Part shown: one piece after another, positions 13,092 to 24,083 of the stretch
How the letters are laid out: each line of letters begins with the position of its first letter
How positions within the stretch are numbered: position 1 is the stretch's first letter
Virus record (IMG/VR): IMGVR_UViG_3300020382_000151
Span: 1-41,555 of that record
Direction: 5' to 3' (one strand)
Length of the DNA stretch: 41,555 nt
Source: a virus
Taxonomy: Duplodnaviria; Caudoviricetes
Position numbers and translations under genes: made by a program
The notes under the pieces: model-generated
Databases searched by the model: none
What the model was told of the DNA's origin: nothing
Seen by the model: the letters and a program-made list of their open reading frames with translations, nothing else

Positions 13092-16000
13092 TAGTAACTG
13101 TAGCCTCCACCTGAGTTGCTGGCGTTTCCGCCTGAGTTGCTGGCGTTAGCCAAGCCGCCGCCTGTTGCTGCTGTTGTAGTTGTAGTTGTAGTTGATGCAC
13201 TGCTTGTAATTCCTGCTGTTGAAGCTGTTGACACTGTGTTAAGCACTGTGCCTGTTGCTTGTAAGTTTGTTGCAGTAATCTGATCTATTGTTTCGATATC
13301 AGTCACTTTGGCTGCGCTTGCAAATATTTCATCTGGCTCACTCTTAATTTCAAATAGGCTACCAAACGATTGTGTTGTTTGGCGCGGTACTATTAGTATA
13401 CTTACCAGTTTCGGAGACAGCTGGTTTATGATATAGGCACTAAGCTCTTGGAAGTAAAAAGTCTCGCCAAAGTCCCAGTTTTCAATATCAAAGAATCTAT
13501 TAATTGATTCAACAATGTCTGATTTAAGTTCATTATCGTTAGTAACAATATTTGTATTTTTAACAATTTTAAATTTAACTTGTAAATCAGGAGTTGCTTT
13601 GTCACCAAATAGTATCTTATACTTTACAGGATGATAAATTATTTCATCGCTAATACTTTTTATTTTGTTAATTGCAGTTCCGTAACTTCTAAACAATTCG
13701 TCATTGCTAGGCGGCTTAGGATTAACTATAGTTGCTCCACTAATATATTGTTTTACTTGTGTATCATACGTTTTCGATAAAATGTAAGTGTCAATAATAT
13801 TACTTGCACTTGGGTCAATTCTATATCCGCTATCAGCAACGTGAATATAATGGAATTTTAAATCTGCTCTGCCAAAGTATGCTTTATAGTCTGTATTAAT
13901 TGCTGTATTGTTTAGTGTTTTATTAAGCTTTCTAAATATAGCTTCGTTAATTAAGTAAAATATTTGTCCTTCAACTCTAGTACTATAAGGTGCAATAGCT
14001 GCTTCGTTTTGTACTACAATAATTTCAGCAGTTGTGTTTGCAAAATATTTAAAATCTTCTACACCGTCAGTTGTTGTGTATTTCTTTTGAAATACTAGTT
14101 TGTCTTTTGTAAGAATAGTTGTATCTTCTTCACCTACTATTTGCTCAAAAATATCAGGATCGTCAACAACACCGTCATCGTCTAAATCAATAAACTGAAT
14201 TTGTATTTTACGACTATCCAAGTATCCTTCTGTATCTCGATATGCATCTGTAATAGTCCAATTAAAGTCTCTTGTAAATGGAGTTAATGCGCCTGGTTTA
14301 CGGTTAATATTTAATATATCAATTTTGTCTCTAACAATTTGTCCAGTAGTCGGATCATACACTTTATCAGCACTGTCAAAGAAGAATCTAATTTCGTCTG
14401 CACTTTCCATTACATATCTTAAATTGCGATATGTAATAGTATATTTTTCGCCATCAGTTTTAAAGTATAACATCCAACTAGCATCTAAATTTGCGCCAGT
14501 GATATCACCCGCTTTACCTGTAGCAAATGTAGTTAATGTATTAATATTTTCGTCTAATATTAGTTTCCACTGCCTGTCATACTGGTCATAACGTAATGCA
14601 AAGTCGTGGTAGTTAAATGCCTGGTCAACTAACTGAGTTTTAATATCATTAATTAATACTTTAGAATAATTAGGTATAACCTGTTGTAATATTGCTCCTG
14701 TAGGAATAATATCATTAAGTACTATAGGAGCAATACCATCTTCGTCTATTACAGTTCCATTGCCTACTACAGACACTACCTTTGACCACTTATATGATGT
14801 TTTACCTAAATGATCACTTGCACCATCGGTCATTAAAGTACCATTAGGCATAAAGTGTTTACCTGTTGGAGCAACAAACTTTAACATTGTTCCAGCTTCT
14901 AATAAGCGCAAACTGTTTGCAGTAAATGTACCTACTGTATAAGAGTTGCTGTCAACATCTTGTAATAACCCTAATGATTGATTTGTGCTTGTAGTTGATT
15001 GTGCCCAAGTTGCGCCGAGGTCACTAACAATAATTTTTGGATACTTTGAAAAGTAAAAGTTTTGTGTGCTAATATTACTTAAAATAGATTCAATAGTATT
15101 ATATATTACACCTTCAATATCTGTTTGAGTTGCAAATGTAAATGTTTGTTTTTCATCAAACTCTTCTTTATAAATTACACCGTCATCAGCAAACAGGCTA
15201 GTGTTTGAATATTTGCCGCTGGCGTCTTTCAAGTCAAAGAATCGACTTATACCACTCGAAATTCTATTTGAACTTTTAGTCTTAATAATATCTTGACTAA
15301 TTGCTAAAGGCCCAATATTATAATCTTCACCTGTAATTAATCTATTTTGTGTGTAATAAGTTGCAGGTGCATTTTGCTTAATTTCTGCATTAGTTTCTGT
15401 TGCAGCACCGTTAGCTACAGTATAGTTTAATTTAAGTCCAATGGTAAGAGTTTGCGCTGTTCCATTTCTTGACTGATATGGTATATCAATACTTACTGTA
15501 CTAATTGCACTAGGAGTTATTACACTTCTTACGTTATTACTAGTTCTATAATATGCTCTAAAGTCTCCAGCTGGTAAATTACCAAATACGCCGTCACTAA
15601 ACACTAAGTTAATTCTATCACCGATACGTGTAGTTACTGCAAATACATCTCTAGTTTTATTAAACAAACTATTGTAGATAACATTGTTGCCTTCTGTAGA
15701 GTCAATTTTTGTCCATTCGTTGTTCTCATAGCCTGCGCTGTTTACTGAAAACAGCCAAACATCACTATCATTAATATTCTGTGCATCAATCTGAACTGCT
15801 TGATTAGGTGTCGGATTAGCTACTGCAAAATCTCCTGTTTCAATCTTGCCCTGGCGGAAATGCATAAAGAATCCTGTGTTAGTACTACCAGCTCCTTGAC
15901 CATCATCTCTAAACAAAAATGCAGGACTGTTGCCTGGTAATGGTGCTTCTTCAATTATATCGTCTGTTGATATATCAGTACTTACTACTTCAAAACGTGT

Positions 16001-16627
16001 GGTTGTGCCTTCAATACGCTTAGTAAACGGATATACTGCTATACCAGTGTTTGTAGCATTTATGCGATATTTTTGTGTTTGTACATCTGCGATTAATGCA
16101 GACTTTAAAGGATTGCCAATTGAGTTCGACAACGGCAATGCTGAATTCATAATCTTAACAAACTGTTCAAAATAGTTTGTGTTAGTTTGGTCATTCCACT
16201 TAACAGTAATTCCTGACATGTTTAAACCATTACTATCTAAAAGATTTTCAGTTGTTTTAATTGTATCGAATTTAAGTAATCCGTTTGCTGCTTGATTACG
16301 CTTAGGATTATAAGACAGCATACGTGCTAAACGCAATACGCTTTCTCTGCGCTCTGCTGTTTCAAGGAAGTTTTCACGAGCGTTTAAATCAATACGGAAT
16401 GATAAGTTTTGCCCAAGGAAAGCAATCATATCAATTAGCGCAAGATATTCACTTGACTCGATGTAATCGTTAAAGTCTTCTGGATAGTTTTGACGCAGAT
16501 AATTAATCATTGTGCGTCTTAGATTATCAAAATCATAGCTTTGGAAATCAGCGTTTCTAAAACTTTGGTATATTCTTTTCCAGTCCTCAGCTACTAAGAG
16601 CCTCGACTGTCGATCATTTGCAGACAT
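13091..16627 (-). CDS. gp6: Baseplate wedge protein, T4 gp6-like (enlarged, 1178 aa)
   Basis: N-terminal [24 protein letters not shown]...[24 protein letters not shown], internal [10 protein letters not shown] and [13 protein letters not shown] motifs typical of gp6/baseplate J proteins; lies downstream of the gp25-like gene. Confidence 0.88.
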   Translation of the reverse strand: MSANDRQSRLLVAEDWKRIYQSFRNADFQSYDFDNLRRTMINYLRQNYPEDFNDYIESSEYLALIDMIAFLGQNLSFRIDLNARENFLETAERRESVLRLARMLSYNPKRNQAANGLLKFDTIKTTENLLDSNGLNMSGITVKWNDQTNTNYFEQFVKIMNSALPLSNSIGNPLKSALIADVQTQKYRINATNTGIAVYPFTKRIEGTTTRFEVVSTDISTDDIIEEAPLPGNSPAFLFRDDGQGAGSTNTGFFMHFRQGKIETGDFAVANPTPNQAVQIDAQNINDSDVWLFSVNSAGYENNEWTKIDSTEGNNVIYNSLFNKTRDVFAVTTRIGDRINLVFSDGVFGNLPAGDFRAYYRTSNNVRSVITPSAISTVSIDIPYQSRNGTAQTLTIGLKLNYTVANGAATETNAEIKQNAPATYYTQNRLITGEDYNIGPLAISQDIIKTKSSNRISSGISRFFDLKDASGKYSNTSLFADDGVIYKEEFDEKQTFTFATQTDIEGVIYNTIESILSNISTQNFYFSKYPKIIVSDLGATWAQSTTSTNQSLGLLQDVDSNSYTVGTFTANSLRLLEAGTMLKFVAPTGKHFMPNGTLMTDGASDHLGKTSYKWSKVVSVVGNGTVIDEDGIAPIVLNDIIPTGAILQQVIPNYSKVLINDIKTQLVDQAFNYHDFALRYDQYDRQWKLILDENINTLTTFATGKAGDITGANLDASWMLYFKTDGEKYTITYRNLRYVMESADEIRFFFDSADKVYDPTTGQIVRDKIDILNINRKPGALTPFTRDFNWTITDAYRDTEGYLDSRKIQIQFIDLDDDGVVDDPDIFEQIVGEEDTTILTKDKLVFQKKYTTTDGVEDFKYFANTTAEIIVVQNEAAIAPYSTRVEGQIFYLINEAIFRKLNKTLNNTAINTDYKAYFGRADLKFHYIHVADSGYRIDPSASNIIDTYILSKTYDTQVKQYISGATIVNPKPPSNDELFRSYGTAINKIKSISDEIIYHPVKYKILFGDKATPDLQVKFKIVKNTNIVTNDNELKSDIVESINRFFDIENWDFGETFYFQELSAYIINQLSPKLVSILIVPRQTTQSFGSLFEIKSEPDEIFASAAKVTDIETIDQITATNLQATGTVLNTVSTASTAGITSSASTTTTTTTAATGGGLANASNSGGNASNSGGGYSY
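13110..13147. repeat. Direct repeat CCTGAGTTGCTGGCGTT x2 (21-nt period; encodes NASNSGG x2 in the gp6 C-terminal tail)
   Basis: Identical 17-mers at 13110-13126 and 13131-13147. Confidence 0.9.
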
Positions 16628-16650
16628 ATCAGTTTCCTTGTTTACTAATG

Positions 16651-16656
16651 TATTTA
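16651..16656 (-). promoter_or_regulatory. Putative late promoter core TAAATA upstream of gp6-like gene
   Basis: GGTAAATAC on the minus strand in the intergenic gap; resembles the T4 late consensus TATAAATA, and a gp55 homolog is encoded in the window. Confidence 0.6.
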
Positions 16657-16685
16657 CCTGAAATGATAATGTGTGTATTTAATTT

Positions 16686-17126
16686 CTATGCTTGGAGTAA
16701 ACCGTTGTCTTTATCGAATTTAAAGCGCAATTGATCCGTTACACCGAATGGAAGAAAAGATATAGTACAATCTATTTGAATACCTTGTTCATAAGTATCA
16801 ATTTCAATAGCACTTGCTTGTATTCTAGGATCATAATTAATAATACGGGTAACGTCTTCTATAATTGCTTCTTGTACTTCGGTAGTAAACGGTTCATACA
16901 AAATATCCCAAATAATAGTACCAAATGTAGGATCACTTAACTTTTCAGTTTGACGTATGTGAAAGTGGTTTATTAAGTCTTGCTTAATAAGTTCAAAGTC
17001 ATATATGCTAAAACTTTTAGTATCTGCAACTGTAGAGAAGCCTCTATATTTTCTACCAGAACTTGCTGTCTCAGTGGGTGCATTTACTGTTACTCTTTTG
17101 TATAGATTTTTTTCTAATTGACTCAT
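16686..17126 (-). CDS. gp25: Baseplate wedge subunit, T4 gp25-like
   Basis: DFELIKQDLINHFHIRQTEKLSDPTFGTIIWDILYEP...IINYDPRI matches the gp25/GPW family pattern; lies between the gp5- and gp6-like genes. Confidence 0.9.
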   Translation of the reverse strand: MSQLEKNLYKRVTVNAPTETASSGRKYRGFSTVADTKSFSIYDFELIKQDLINHFHIRQTEKLSDPTFGTIIWDILYEPFTTEVQEAIIEDVTRIINYDPRIQASAIEIDTYEQGIQIDCTISFLPFGVTDQLRFKFDKDNGLLQA

Positions 17127-17130
17127 ACTG

Positions 17131-17136
17131 TATTTA
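17131..17136 (-). promoter_or_regulatory. Putative late promoter TAAATA, 4 nt before the gp25 ATG
   Basis: GGGTAAATACAGTATG on the minus strand; no Shine-Dalgarno between promoter and ATG. Confidence 0.65.
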
Positions 17137-17140
17137 CCCT

Positions 17141-19627
17141 TTATGCTGTGCCACTAGTTTGCGATACTGTGGTTGTAGCAGCACTATTATCTGACGGTTC
17201 TGATGTTGGCGGATTGTTTTGTGCTATAAGAATTTCTTGTTCTAGAGAACGTAGTGCATCTGCTTCTTCATTATGCATTCTATTAACAACACTTTGTCTA
17301 ACAGAAGATGTACTACTTCTAAAGTATCGCATGCCATTATCTGCTCTACGCTCATTATACACTGCTCTAATTATTGCTGCATCAGTTGGCTCAGCTATGC
17401 TTATTGGGGTGGGCGGGTAACTTAAACTAGCAAGTGCTCGTTTAAATACAGTTCCTGAGCCGCCTACACCATGTTGAATAGAAGTAGACCATACAACATT
17501 TTTTACGGTTTCAGATCGTAGGTTAGTATCAAGTGTAGTTCTATTTGTAATTTTCTTATAAGACGGAATATAATATTTAAGTACTGCATAGTTGTGTTGT
17601 GCTTCCACTCCTAATGCAGAGCTCATAACTTGTTTCCAAGCTGCTTTGTATGCCTGTGTTCCTGCTAACGCTGCCGATGCTCCGCCTGCTTCTTTTAATT
17701 GCGATTCTAAACTAGGATGATTTACTGATAACCATTTATGGAAATCTCCCATTGTTCCACGACAGAATTGGTAAGTTCCGTAACTATAGCCTCCAGTACT
17801 ATCCCATCCAACTGTTGCAGGATTGCCCCAAGATTCATATTTTGCACTTAATGAACCTAATTCTGAATCAAAGTCAAAGTTACTTGTATATTCACCTTGC
17901 GGTACTGGTGATTGTCCATGTCCAGTTCCGCCTGAACTATGTCCAGTGGTAATATTGCCGCCGCTTCCAGCGACATATGCACTAGTAGAAATTCGACCTT
18001 GTAAATTTTTATCAAACGTATCAGGAGTGAGTATTCGATCTGCTGATGGCAATGGGCCTGGCGATTCTCTATCAGTATGTACTGTCTTAAATGATGCCGG
18101 ATCTAAGTTTTCATGGTGTGGCCACGGTTCGTGTTGCGGTGCTCTTGTTAGAATAGACTCGTATCCGCTTATTGCGCCGCCTGCTTGTACTCTTGGCAAG
18201 GTAACTGTGTTTAATTGTTCAACTTCTTGCGCTGGATTTGCAGTAGATGCTGGTTGCTTCGGTCCATTCATGTGTATTTTTGTAGCAGTTTCTCTATGAT
18301 CTCGGCCACTTTTAATATGTGTATAACCTTCAGCAGTTAACTTATTATCTTTACCGCTTTTAATATGCAACGTTTTATTAGTATCAATATAGTGAGATTC
18401 TTTTACTTTTATAGAGTGATTTTTTCCTACAGTAATTTTACTATCCTGTCCTACTAGTAAATTAAAGTCGTTTTTAGATTCAATTTGTACTCTGCCGACA
18501 TCATTGCCTTCGGCTCTACCAGCAGCTTTAATATTAACATTTCTGCCAGCTTCTAAGTTTATATCACGTTCGGCAGTAATATTTAAATCTGCTTCAGTCA
18601 TAATACTAACACTGTCTTGTGCATGAATATCAATCTTTCCATCACTAGACATTTCGATCCAAGTAGTGCCTCTAGCATTACCGATATAGATCAAATCTTC
18701 TGAATTATGCATTAATATCTGATGACCAGTTCTAGTCCTTAAACGAAATAATTCATTTTGTGGGATTGTATTATCGCCTCCAGTTTCGGGCGGTGTAGCA
18801 CCTTTATTTTTGTAGATCGGAGGTCCTTCTTCAGCATGTGTTGCACGGACAAAGTTTTCATCTCCGTCGTCCATTACAAATGCCGATCCTCCTAATCTAT
18901 TGGAAGGAACTTTAACTTTCGAACCGGTGCTGCCAATTTCCATAGAAGGCGCACCATCTCTGTAATCTTTAGGGCCTGGAGAACTAATACCAAATACCAT
19001 ACTTGGCATTTCTCGCCTAGCACTACTTGTAGTTGTCCCTCTAGATTCGTCATTTAATAAACCTTGTACTTCTAATGTTTCTGTGAAGTCTTTATTGTAG
19101 GGCTTGTTAAACAGTGTAGGATCTACTTTTGCTCCAGTTTCAATTGCTTTGTTATATTCGCCTACTGGAAGTTTTCTTCCTTTTAAGTTTGGAGGCGTGA
19201 TTCCTGTTGTATTTTGTGTAGACGCTTTACCATCTGGAACAGCAAAGTTCATATAATCTGCAGGGATACATCCGATCCAATAACCGAAGTTTGCGTTTCC
19301 TTCTGCGAACATAACAAGTACTTTGGTTCCTACATCTGGCGGTACCATCCACATACCGTATGCTTTTTGTGTATGCTCATATCCGTCATTTGCTGTAAGT
19401 GCTGCATTAGGAGTTACTCCATAAAACGGGCTTAAATATCTAACATTTAACAACTGTCCAGTGCGCTCTGGAGTACCAGCGGAACTAGTGTACTTTAGTA
19501 GTTCAACAGTTAGACCACCCATATATCGAGTGTCAAGGTTGTTAACTACAATAGCTTCGTATGGTCCTGAATCTTTAAATCCAGTGGTCATACCTGCTGC
19601 TGTTCTTGTATAATTTCCCGTTGCCAT
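17141..19627 (-). CDS. gp5: Baseplate central spike/hub (gp5/VgrG-like) with C-terminal lysozyme-fold peptidoglycan hydrolase
   Basis: N-terminal OB-fold segment (YGMWMVPPDVGTKVLVMF...YWIGC), then RTRTGHQILM and beta-helix-like repeats (DLNITAERDINLEAGRNVNIKA). The C-terminal LGSLSAKYES...GGYSYGTYQF...VWSTSIQHG resembles the VgrG3-type muramidase domain. Confidence 0.82.
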   Translation of the reverse strand: MATGNYTRTAAGMTTGFKDSGPYEAIVVNNLDTRYMGGLTVELLKYTSSAGTPERTGQLLNVRYLSPFYGVTPNAALTANDGYEHTQKAYGMWMVPPDVGTKVLVMFAEGNANFGYWIGCIPADYMNFAVPDGKASTQNTTGITPPNLKGRKLPVGEYNKAIETGAKVDPTLFNKPYNKDFTETLEVQGLLNDESRGTTTSSARREMPSMVFGISSPGPKDYRDGAPSMEIGSTGSKVKVPSNRLGGSAFVMDDGDENFVRATHAEEGPPIYKNKGATPPETGGDNTIPQNELFRLRTRTGHQILMHNSEDLIYIGNARGTTWIEMSSDGKIDIHAQDSVSIMTEADLNITAERDINLEAGRNVNIKAAGRAEGNDVGRVQIESKNDFNLLVGQDSKITVGKNHSIKVKESHYIDTNKTLHIKSGKDNKLTAEGYTHIKSGRDHRETATKIHMNGPKQPASTANPAQEVEQLNTVTLPRVQAGGAISGYESILTRAPQHEPWPHHENLDPASFKTVHTDRESPGPLPSADRILTPDTFDKNLQGRISTSAYVAGSGGNITTGHSSGGTGHGQSPVPQGEYTSNFDFDSELGSLSAKYESWGNPATVGWDSTGGYSYGTYQFCRGTMGDFHKWLSVNHPSLESQLKEAGGASAALAGTQAYKAAWKQVMSSALGVEAQHNYAVLKYYIPSYKKITNRTTLDTNLRSETVKNVVWSTSIQHGVGGSGTVFKRALASLSYPPTPISIAEPTDAAIIRAVYNERRADNGMRYFRSSTSSVRQSVVNRMHNEEADALRSLEQEILIAQNNPPTSEPSDNSAATTTVSQTSGTA

Positions 19628-19654
19628 ATTTATTGTAGTCCTATATTATTAAGG

Positions 19655-20653
19655 TTAAATCGTAACCACTTTTTTGCCTGTGTTGAAATCGTATCTGTCA
19701 AATCCTGCTTTAAGTGGCTCATATTTATATACGCTTGGCGATTGGTTATCAGTTGCCGATGTGTCCACTGTATCTGTTGTTACTGTATTAGGTTTAACAG
19801 TTTCTGGAAAGTCAGGACCTGCGCCGCCAAATGCGTCTAGCGCAGTTGAGGCAGTTTCTGCTGCTTTAGTGCGTAATGCAGATATTGCATCGTCTGGTCC
19901 AAGAACCTTTGTTACTGTGTTATCTACTCCAGGAGCATTCTCTGGTAAACACGGAGGAAGACCTTCCTCTCCAGGTAATATTGCTCCTGGAATTAATTCG
20001 CCTATGCCACCAAAAGCACTTAACTTGTCGTTAAGAAGTGACTTTGCTTTATCCTGAAGCTTTCCTTTAATTATATCTACACTAGGAATTTTTCCAACAA
20101 CTACTTCGCTTATTGTCGAAGTGCCTGCATTCTTCGCAATATTAGTAACAGAAGTGTCAATTGTTACTCCTGCTGTACTAGAAGTAGAACTTTTTTCAGT
20201 TACAGGACGCTCGTTACTCAAACTGGTAAGTGGCTTAAACACAGGAACACCGTTAGCAAGGTATACTACTTGTTTTTCAGAAAATTTAGCTATTTTCAGT
20301 AATTCAGGTGTCGCTAACTGTATTTTTAAAGCATCTGGATCTAGGCGTTTCAACCACTGGTGTAATGGCCTAAAGTAACCGTTTAAAGTGCCGCCTGTTG
20401 TATATACTGTTTCTCCAACATACCACTGGTCATTAGTAGACCAAGTGACATTATTAAGTGTTACGTCGACTGGATCTACTACTATAAATATTCTAATGCT
20501 CCTACCGTCCCAAGACAATTGGGCATCGTCAAGAGTTTGATAAACTAAAGTATTATTTTCGTTTCGCCATCCATCTGCACTACTCCACGGAACTGCATCG
20601 CCTTGCTCTGTTTGTGCGCCAATAGTTTCTGGTGTTTCGTCTTCTTCAATCAT
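19655..20653 (-). CDS. Hypothetical protein in baseplate operon (332 aa)
   Basis: Long ORF co-oriented with its neighbours; AGGA RBS-like sequence upstream; no recognisable family. Confidence 0.75.
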   Translation of the reverse strand: MIEEDETPETIGAQTEQGDAVPWSSADGWRNENNTLVYQTLDDAQLSWDGRSIRIFIVVDPVDVTLNNVTWSTNDQWYVGETVYTTGGTLNGYFRPLHQWLKRLDPDALKIQLATPELLKIAKFSEKQVVYLANGVPVFKPLTSLSNERPVTEKSSTSSTAGVTIDTSVTNIAKNAGTSTISEVVVGKIPSVDIIKGKLQDKAKSLLNDKLSAFGGIGELIPGAILPGEEGLPPCLPENAPGVDNTVTKVLGPDDAISALRTKAAETASTALDAFGGAGPDFPETVKPNTVTTDTVDTSATDNQSPSVYKYEPLKAGFDRYDFNTGKKVVTI

Positions 20654-23600
20654 TTATGTAGATCCTAATATCCCTTTAACTTTAGCTTTGCCTGCATTTG
20701 AAACTGCTGCTATTTGTGTACTAGCAACGTTTTTACTATTTACAGCAAGTGAAGCTGTTACTGCATTAGTATTGAGTTGGGCGGTTGCAAGACTAGCTTG
20801 GAGACCAGTAGGAGTGTAACCTCCTGATGCAGCAACTCCAATGCCGCCTATTGCATCACTAGCAAGTGATGCAATAGCAAGTCCTCCAACTCCAGGTATT
20901 TTACTAGCGATTGCGCCAAATGCTACATCGCCTATTGCTTTTGGAATAATTTTACTTAAATCTACAGCCTTCACTAAACCAAAGTCTACGCCAGCTACTT
21001 CAGATTTTATATTGCCAAATGTATCTTTTACAAGATTTTCTACTTGTTGCAATGCATTTATTTCTTTAGCAGTTACGTCTGCTGCTATGGTTGGGTTAAT
21101 ATTCCTAACATCATCTTGTGTAGGCGCAGGAATGCAATCTATTCCTGGTCTTATGGCGCCGACTGTTCCGTCACTCCTAACTTGAGTTTTGCCGTTCTTT
21201 ACATCACCATTTACACTAACAAAGGCACTGTTGCCTGATGTTGCTGCATCATTTTGCTTTTTACGTCTTATTAGTTTTAAAGTTTGTCTGAACTGACCTT
21301 TACTAAATGAATTTGTAACTGCCCAAGCTTGGAATAACCCACTAAACTGTGGAACAATTTGTGGCATTTCCATTGTTGCTCCTTTAATTTGATAATCAAA
21401 AGGTGTTTTAAAGTTTACATCAAGAAATACTGGTCCTTTATGATATGGCATAGTACCTTCAGCGGTAATATTAGGATTAAATCCTGTTTTTGCTACGTAG
21501 TTTCCTATTTCTTGCGGGATGAAAAACGGGTCACCGTAAATTTCCATCTCAGCAGATATCATGTCTATTGGTAAGTTTGTAATTCTGTCATGAAACATTT
21601 CAGCAACTTGTCTGCGTATGTCCGAGCTATATGTTCCAGCAGGAAGAGCTACGGCAGTGTCTGTTTGGGTGCCTCCACTAGCTTCTTCTTTGGTTGTTGC
21701 ATCATTGTCAGTAGTTGGTCCTGCTCCAGGTTGCGCTGGTTTAGTGATTGTTCCAGAGTCTACATCAGCAACTGGACCAGCGCCTGCGCCATAGCTTGCT
21801 AATGCAGTAGACATAAATGCATTATTAAAGTTAATATCAAAGCTTAAAATGTCTTCGTTTTTTCCTGTATAAATGTAGTTGTATTCCTTAACAGCTTCCT
21901 TTGTTAGCCCAACAGTGTTTTTAGGAGTTTTATTATGTCCGATAGTAACGGCAGAGTCTACTTCGTAAGTCTCAACACTATACACATAAACTTTAGGCTT
22001 TTGTCCTTGTTGTAATTCAGAAAGTTCGCCATCATCAATGAATACATATGTGTTAATCTTAAACCATTTATTTAATCCGTTTTCAGATTCTTCTGTGGAG
22101 TTCTCAGCGGCATACTCTGTTTGGACTACTAGTTTTTCAATAATGCTAGTAATTTTCTCATTTTGAGAAAACATATACTCTCTTGCTTTATCTGCTGACT
22201 GAGCATCTGATGCGCTGCGATCAGATTTGCCTGTGTCTGGATTAATTATTTGTATCGGATCAGCTTCTTTTTTGTTTCCTGCTGCATTAGTATCTTCATT
22301 AAGTGAGCTAGTTCCAATTGCATTCATTAAAGAAATATCTTCAGCAAATGTTTTTAACACTTCATAAGTAGACGATGCAGGTTTAATTGTTATAATTTTT
22401 GTAGAATATTGAGCGCCGCGTAAGCCGTCATCAGGACCTGCATTTCCTGCTTTTTGTTGAGCAAGTTCTTCTGGTGATGTAGTAAATGCAGTGTCTGTAA
22501 CTACTCCTTTATGTAATGCATCGAGTAGCATGCGTCTCTCTTTAGGAAAGGTTACAAGGAATCTGTCGCCTGGGGCCATTGCACCCGAAAATTCCATATC
22601 TTGTAAGTGTCCGTTTATTGCTGATGTTAAAGAATTATCATTTGTTTCAAGAACTTCATGTAAAAAAGTTCCTGATGTTTTAACTGGGGTTTTTATTTTA
22701 TTAATTTTATCTGATAGTCCTGCTTCACTCATCGGTATTGCTTTTACTGCATAACTGCTGCCTTGGCCAGACACCTTAAAATCCATATTAATAAATTTAA
22801 TTGGCATAAAGATAGGGCGATCTTCATAAGGATTAATAACTGACGTTCTAATTTCTGAAGTTTCGGGTTCCCATCCTATAAATTCAATCTTTAAACAGAA
22901 CGGAGCGTCTAGATAATTTTTATATCCTGCTGTAGACGCTGAGCCGACGATAGCTTGTATAAAGTTGCCCATGCTATATGGCTCAAGTACATTAAACTCT
23001 ATCGATGTGCCTAATGCAACTCTAGTATTTGGATTTGGAGCAACAACTGCATCGACGTTTAAATCATCAATATAATATTCTGCGTGTGTTTGTGATCCGT
23101 CCTGGTGATGATTTGCTGCAACGTTGCCAGCGTGTTCATCAAACACTTGATATCGTTTGCCTAGGTCGCCGCCGCTGCTTTGTATTATATAATTCTTAAA
23201 GCCGCCGGCATCTCTGTATAAGTCTGGATTATTATATTCAGCAGTGTCAAGTATTCCTAACGTAATTTTATAGTTAAAGCTTTCGTATTTTCTTAACGGG
23301 TTTGGAATTTTGCTCGACGAAGTATCATTGCCGTTGTACACATCTACTGGGCCGTCATCGATATAATTAAATAACGTATTATTCTTTGTACTTTGGTATT
23401 GACTAGTTGTTAGAGAAAATTGTTCTCCGACAATACCTTGAAGTTCAGCTGCTCCTCGTTCGACTACTTTTAAAGCAGGTCCTTTTAAACCTAAAAGTTC
23501 AGGAGCGCCTCCTATTAATCCTTTTAGTTTATTTTCAGCTAGTCCTAGCAAGCCGCTACCGCCTAGTAACGCGCCTATAGCTGCGCCTTTTTTACCGTCA

Positions 23601-23785
23601 AGCACGGCCCCTATAGCTGCGCCTTTTAATGCTGCACCGAATTTATTAGCACTTAATGATCCGCCAGGAGAGGGTATTTTAGTATTAATAGATGCACCGA
23701 CTTTTGCACTAACTGTACTAATCGCTGTGTTAACCGAGCTGTTGACTGCACTTGTAACTGCTGCTTTTAATTTAATAGCTGGCAT
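20654..23785 (-). CDS. Probable baseplate hub protein (gp27/gpD-like position) with Gly/Ala-rich terminal extensions
   Basis: 1043-aa ORF between the gp53-like and gp5-like genes. The C-terminal core EMEIYGDPFFI...FSGLFQAWAVTNSFSKGQFRQTLKLIR resembles the last strands of hub proteins. Confidence 0.62.
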   Translation of the reverse strand: MPAIKLKAAVTSAVNSSVNTAISTVSAKVGASINTKIPSPGGSLSANKFGAALKGAAIGAVLDGKKGAAIGALLGGSGLLGLAENKLKGLIGGAPELLGLKGPALKVVERGAAELQGIVGEQFSLTTSQYQSTKNNTLFNYIDDGPVDVYNGNDTSSSKIPNPLRKYESFNYKITLGILDTAEYNNPDLYRDAGGFKNYIIQSSGGDLGKRYQVFDEHAGNVAANHHQDGSQTHAEYYIDDLNVDAVVAPNPNTRVALGTSIEFNVLEPYSMGNFIQAIVGSASTAGYKNYLDAPFCLKIEFIGWEPETSEIRTSVINPYEDRPIFMPIKFINMDFKVSGQGSSYAVKAIPMSEAGLSDKINKIKTPVKTSGTFLHEVLETNDNSLTSAINGHLQDMEFSGAMAPGDRFLVTFPKERRMLLDALHKGVVTDTAFTTSPEELAQQKAGNAGPDDGLRGAQYSTKIITIKPASSTYEVLKTFAEDISLMNAIGTSSLNEDTNAAGNKKEADPIQIINPDTGKSDRSASDAQSADKAREYMFSQNEKITSIIEKLVVQTEYAAENSTEESENGLNKWFKINTYVFIDDGELSELQQGQKPKVYVYSVETYEVDSAVTIGHNKTPKNTVGLTKEAVKEYNYIYTGKNEDILSFDINFNNAFMSTALASYGAGAGPVADVDSGTITKPAQPGAGPTTDNDATTKEEASGGTQTDTAVALPAGTYSSDIRRQVAEMFHDRITNLPIDMISAEMEIYGDPFFIPQEIGNYVAKTGFNPNITAEGTMPYHKGPVFLDVNFKTPFDYQIKGATMEMPQIVPQFSGLFQAWAVTNSFSKGQFRQTLKLIRRKKQNDAATSGNSAFVSVNGDVKNGKTQVRSDGTVGAIRPGIDCIPAPTQDDVRNINPTIAADVTAKEINALQQVENLVKDTFGNIKSEVAGVDFGLVKAVDLSKIIPKAIGDVAFGAIASKIPGVGGLAIASLASDAIGGIGVAASGGYTPTGLQASLATAQLNTNAVTASLAVNSKNVASTQIAAVSNAGKAKVKGILGST
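23574..23627. repeat. Direct repeat CCTATAGCTGCGCCTTTT x2 (36-nt period; encodes KGAAIG x2, glycine-zipper-like)
   Basis: Identical 18-mers at 23574-23591 and 23610-23627. Confidence 0.88.
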
Positions 23786-23786
23786 A

Positions 23787-24083
23787 TTAGATTCCCAACG
23801 TAGTTCTGAGTGATGTTTCGTCAGGAATATATATCTTTGTTCCTGCTACAAAATCAAATACTGGATCTTTTAAAATATCTAAATTACGCTGGGCAAATAC
23901 CCACCATAATTCTTTCCTACCGTATACAATGTGCGCAAGTAAATCAGGACGGTATGTATATTCAGGTGTTATTGTAAACAAAATATCTTTACCGCTTATA
24001 GGTACTGGACGCGGTACCAATACATCTAAATATCCAGTAGAAGTTATCGGTGTAGCTGCATACGGACTTAAACCATTACTCAT
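23787..24083 (-). CDS. gp53: Baseplate wedge protein, gp53/tail-X (LysM-like)
   Basis: YRPDLLAHIVYGRKELWWVFAQRN...DPVFDFVAGTKIYIP is the characteristic gp53/LysM-like pattern. Confidence 0.82.
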   Translation of the reverse strand: MSNGLSPYAATPITSTGYLDVLVPRPVPISGKDILFTITPEYTYRPDLLAHIVYGRKELWWVFAQRNLDILKDPVFDFVAGTKIYIPDETSLRTTLGI

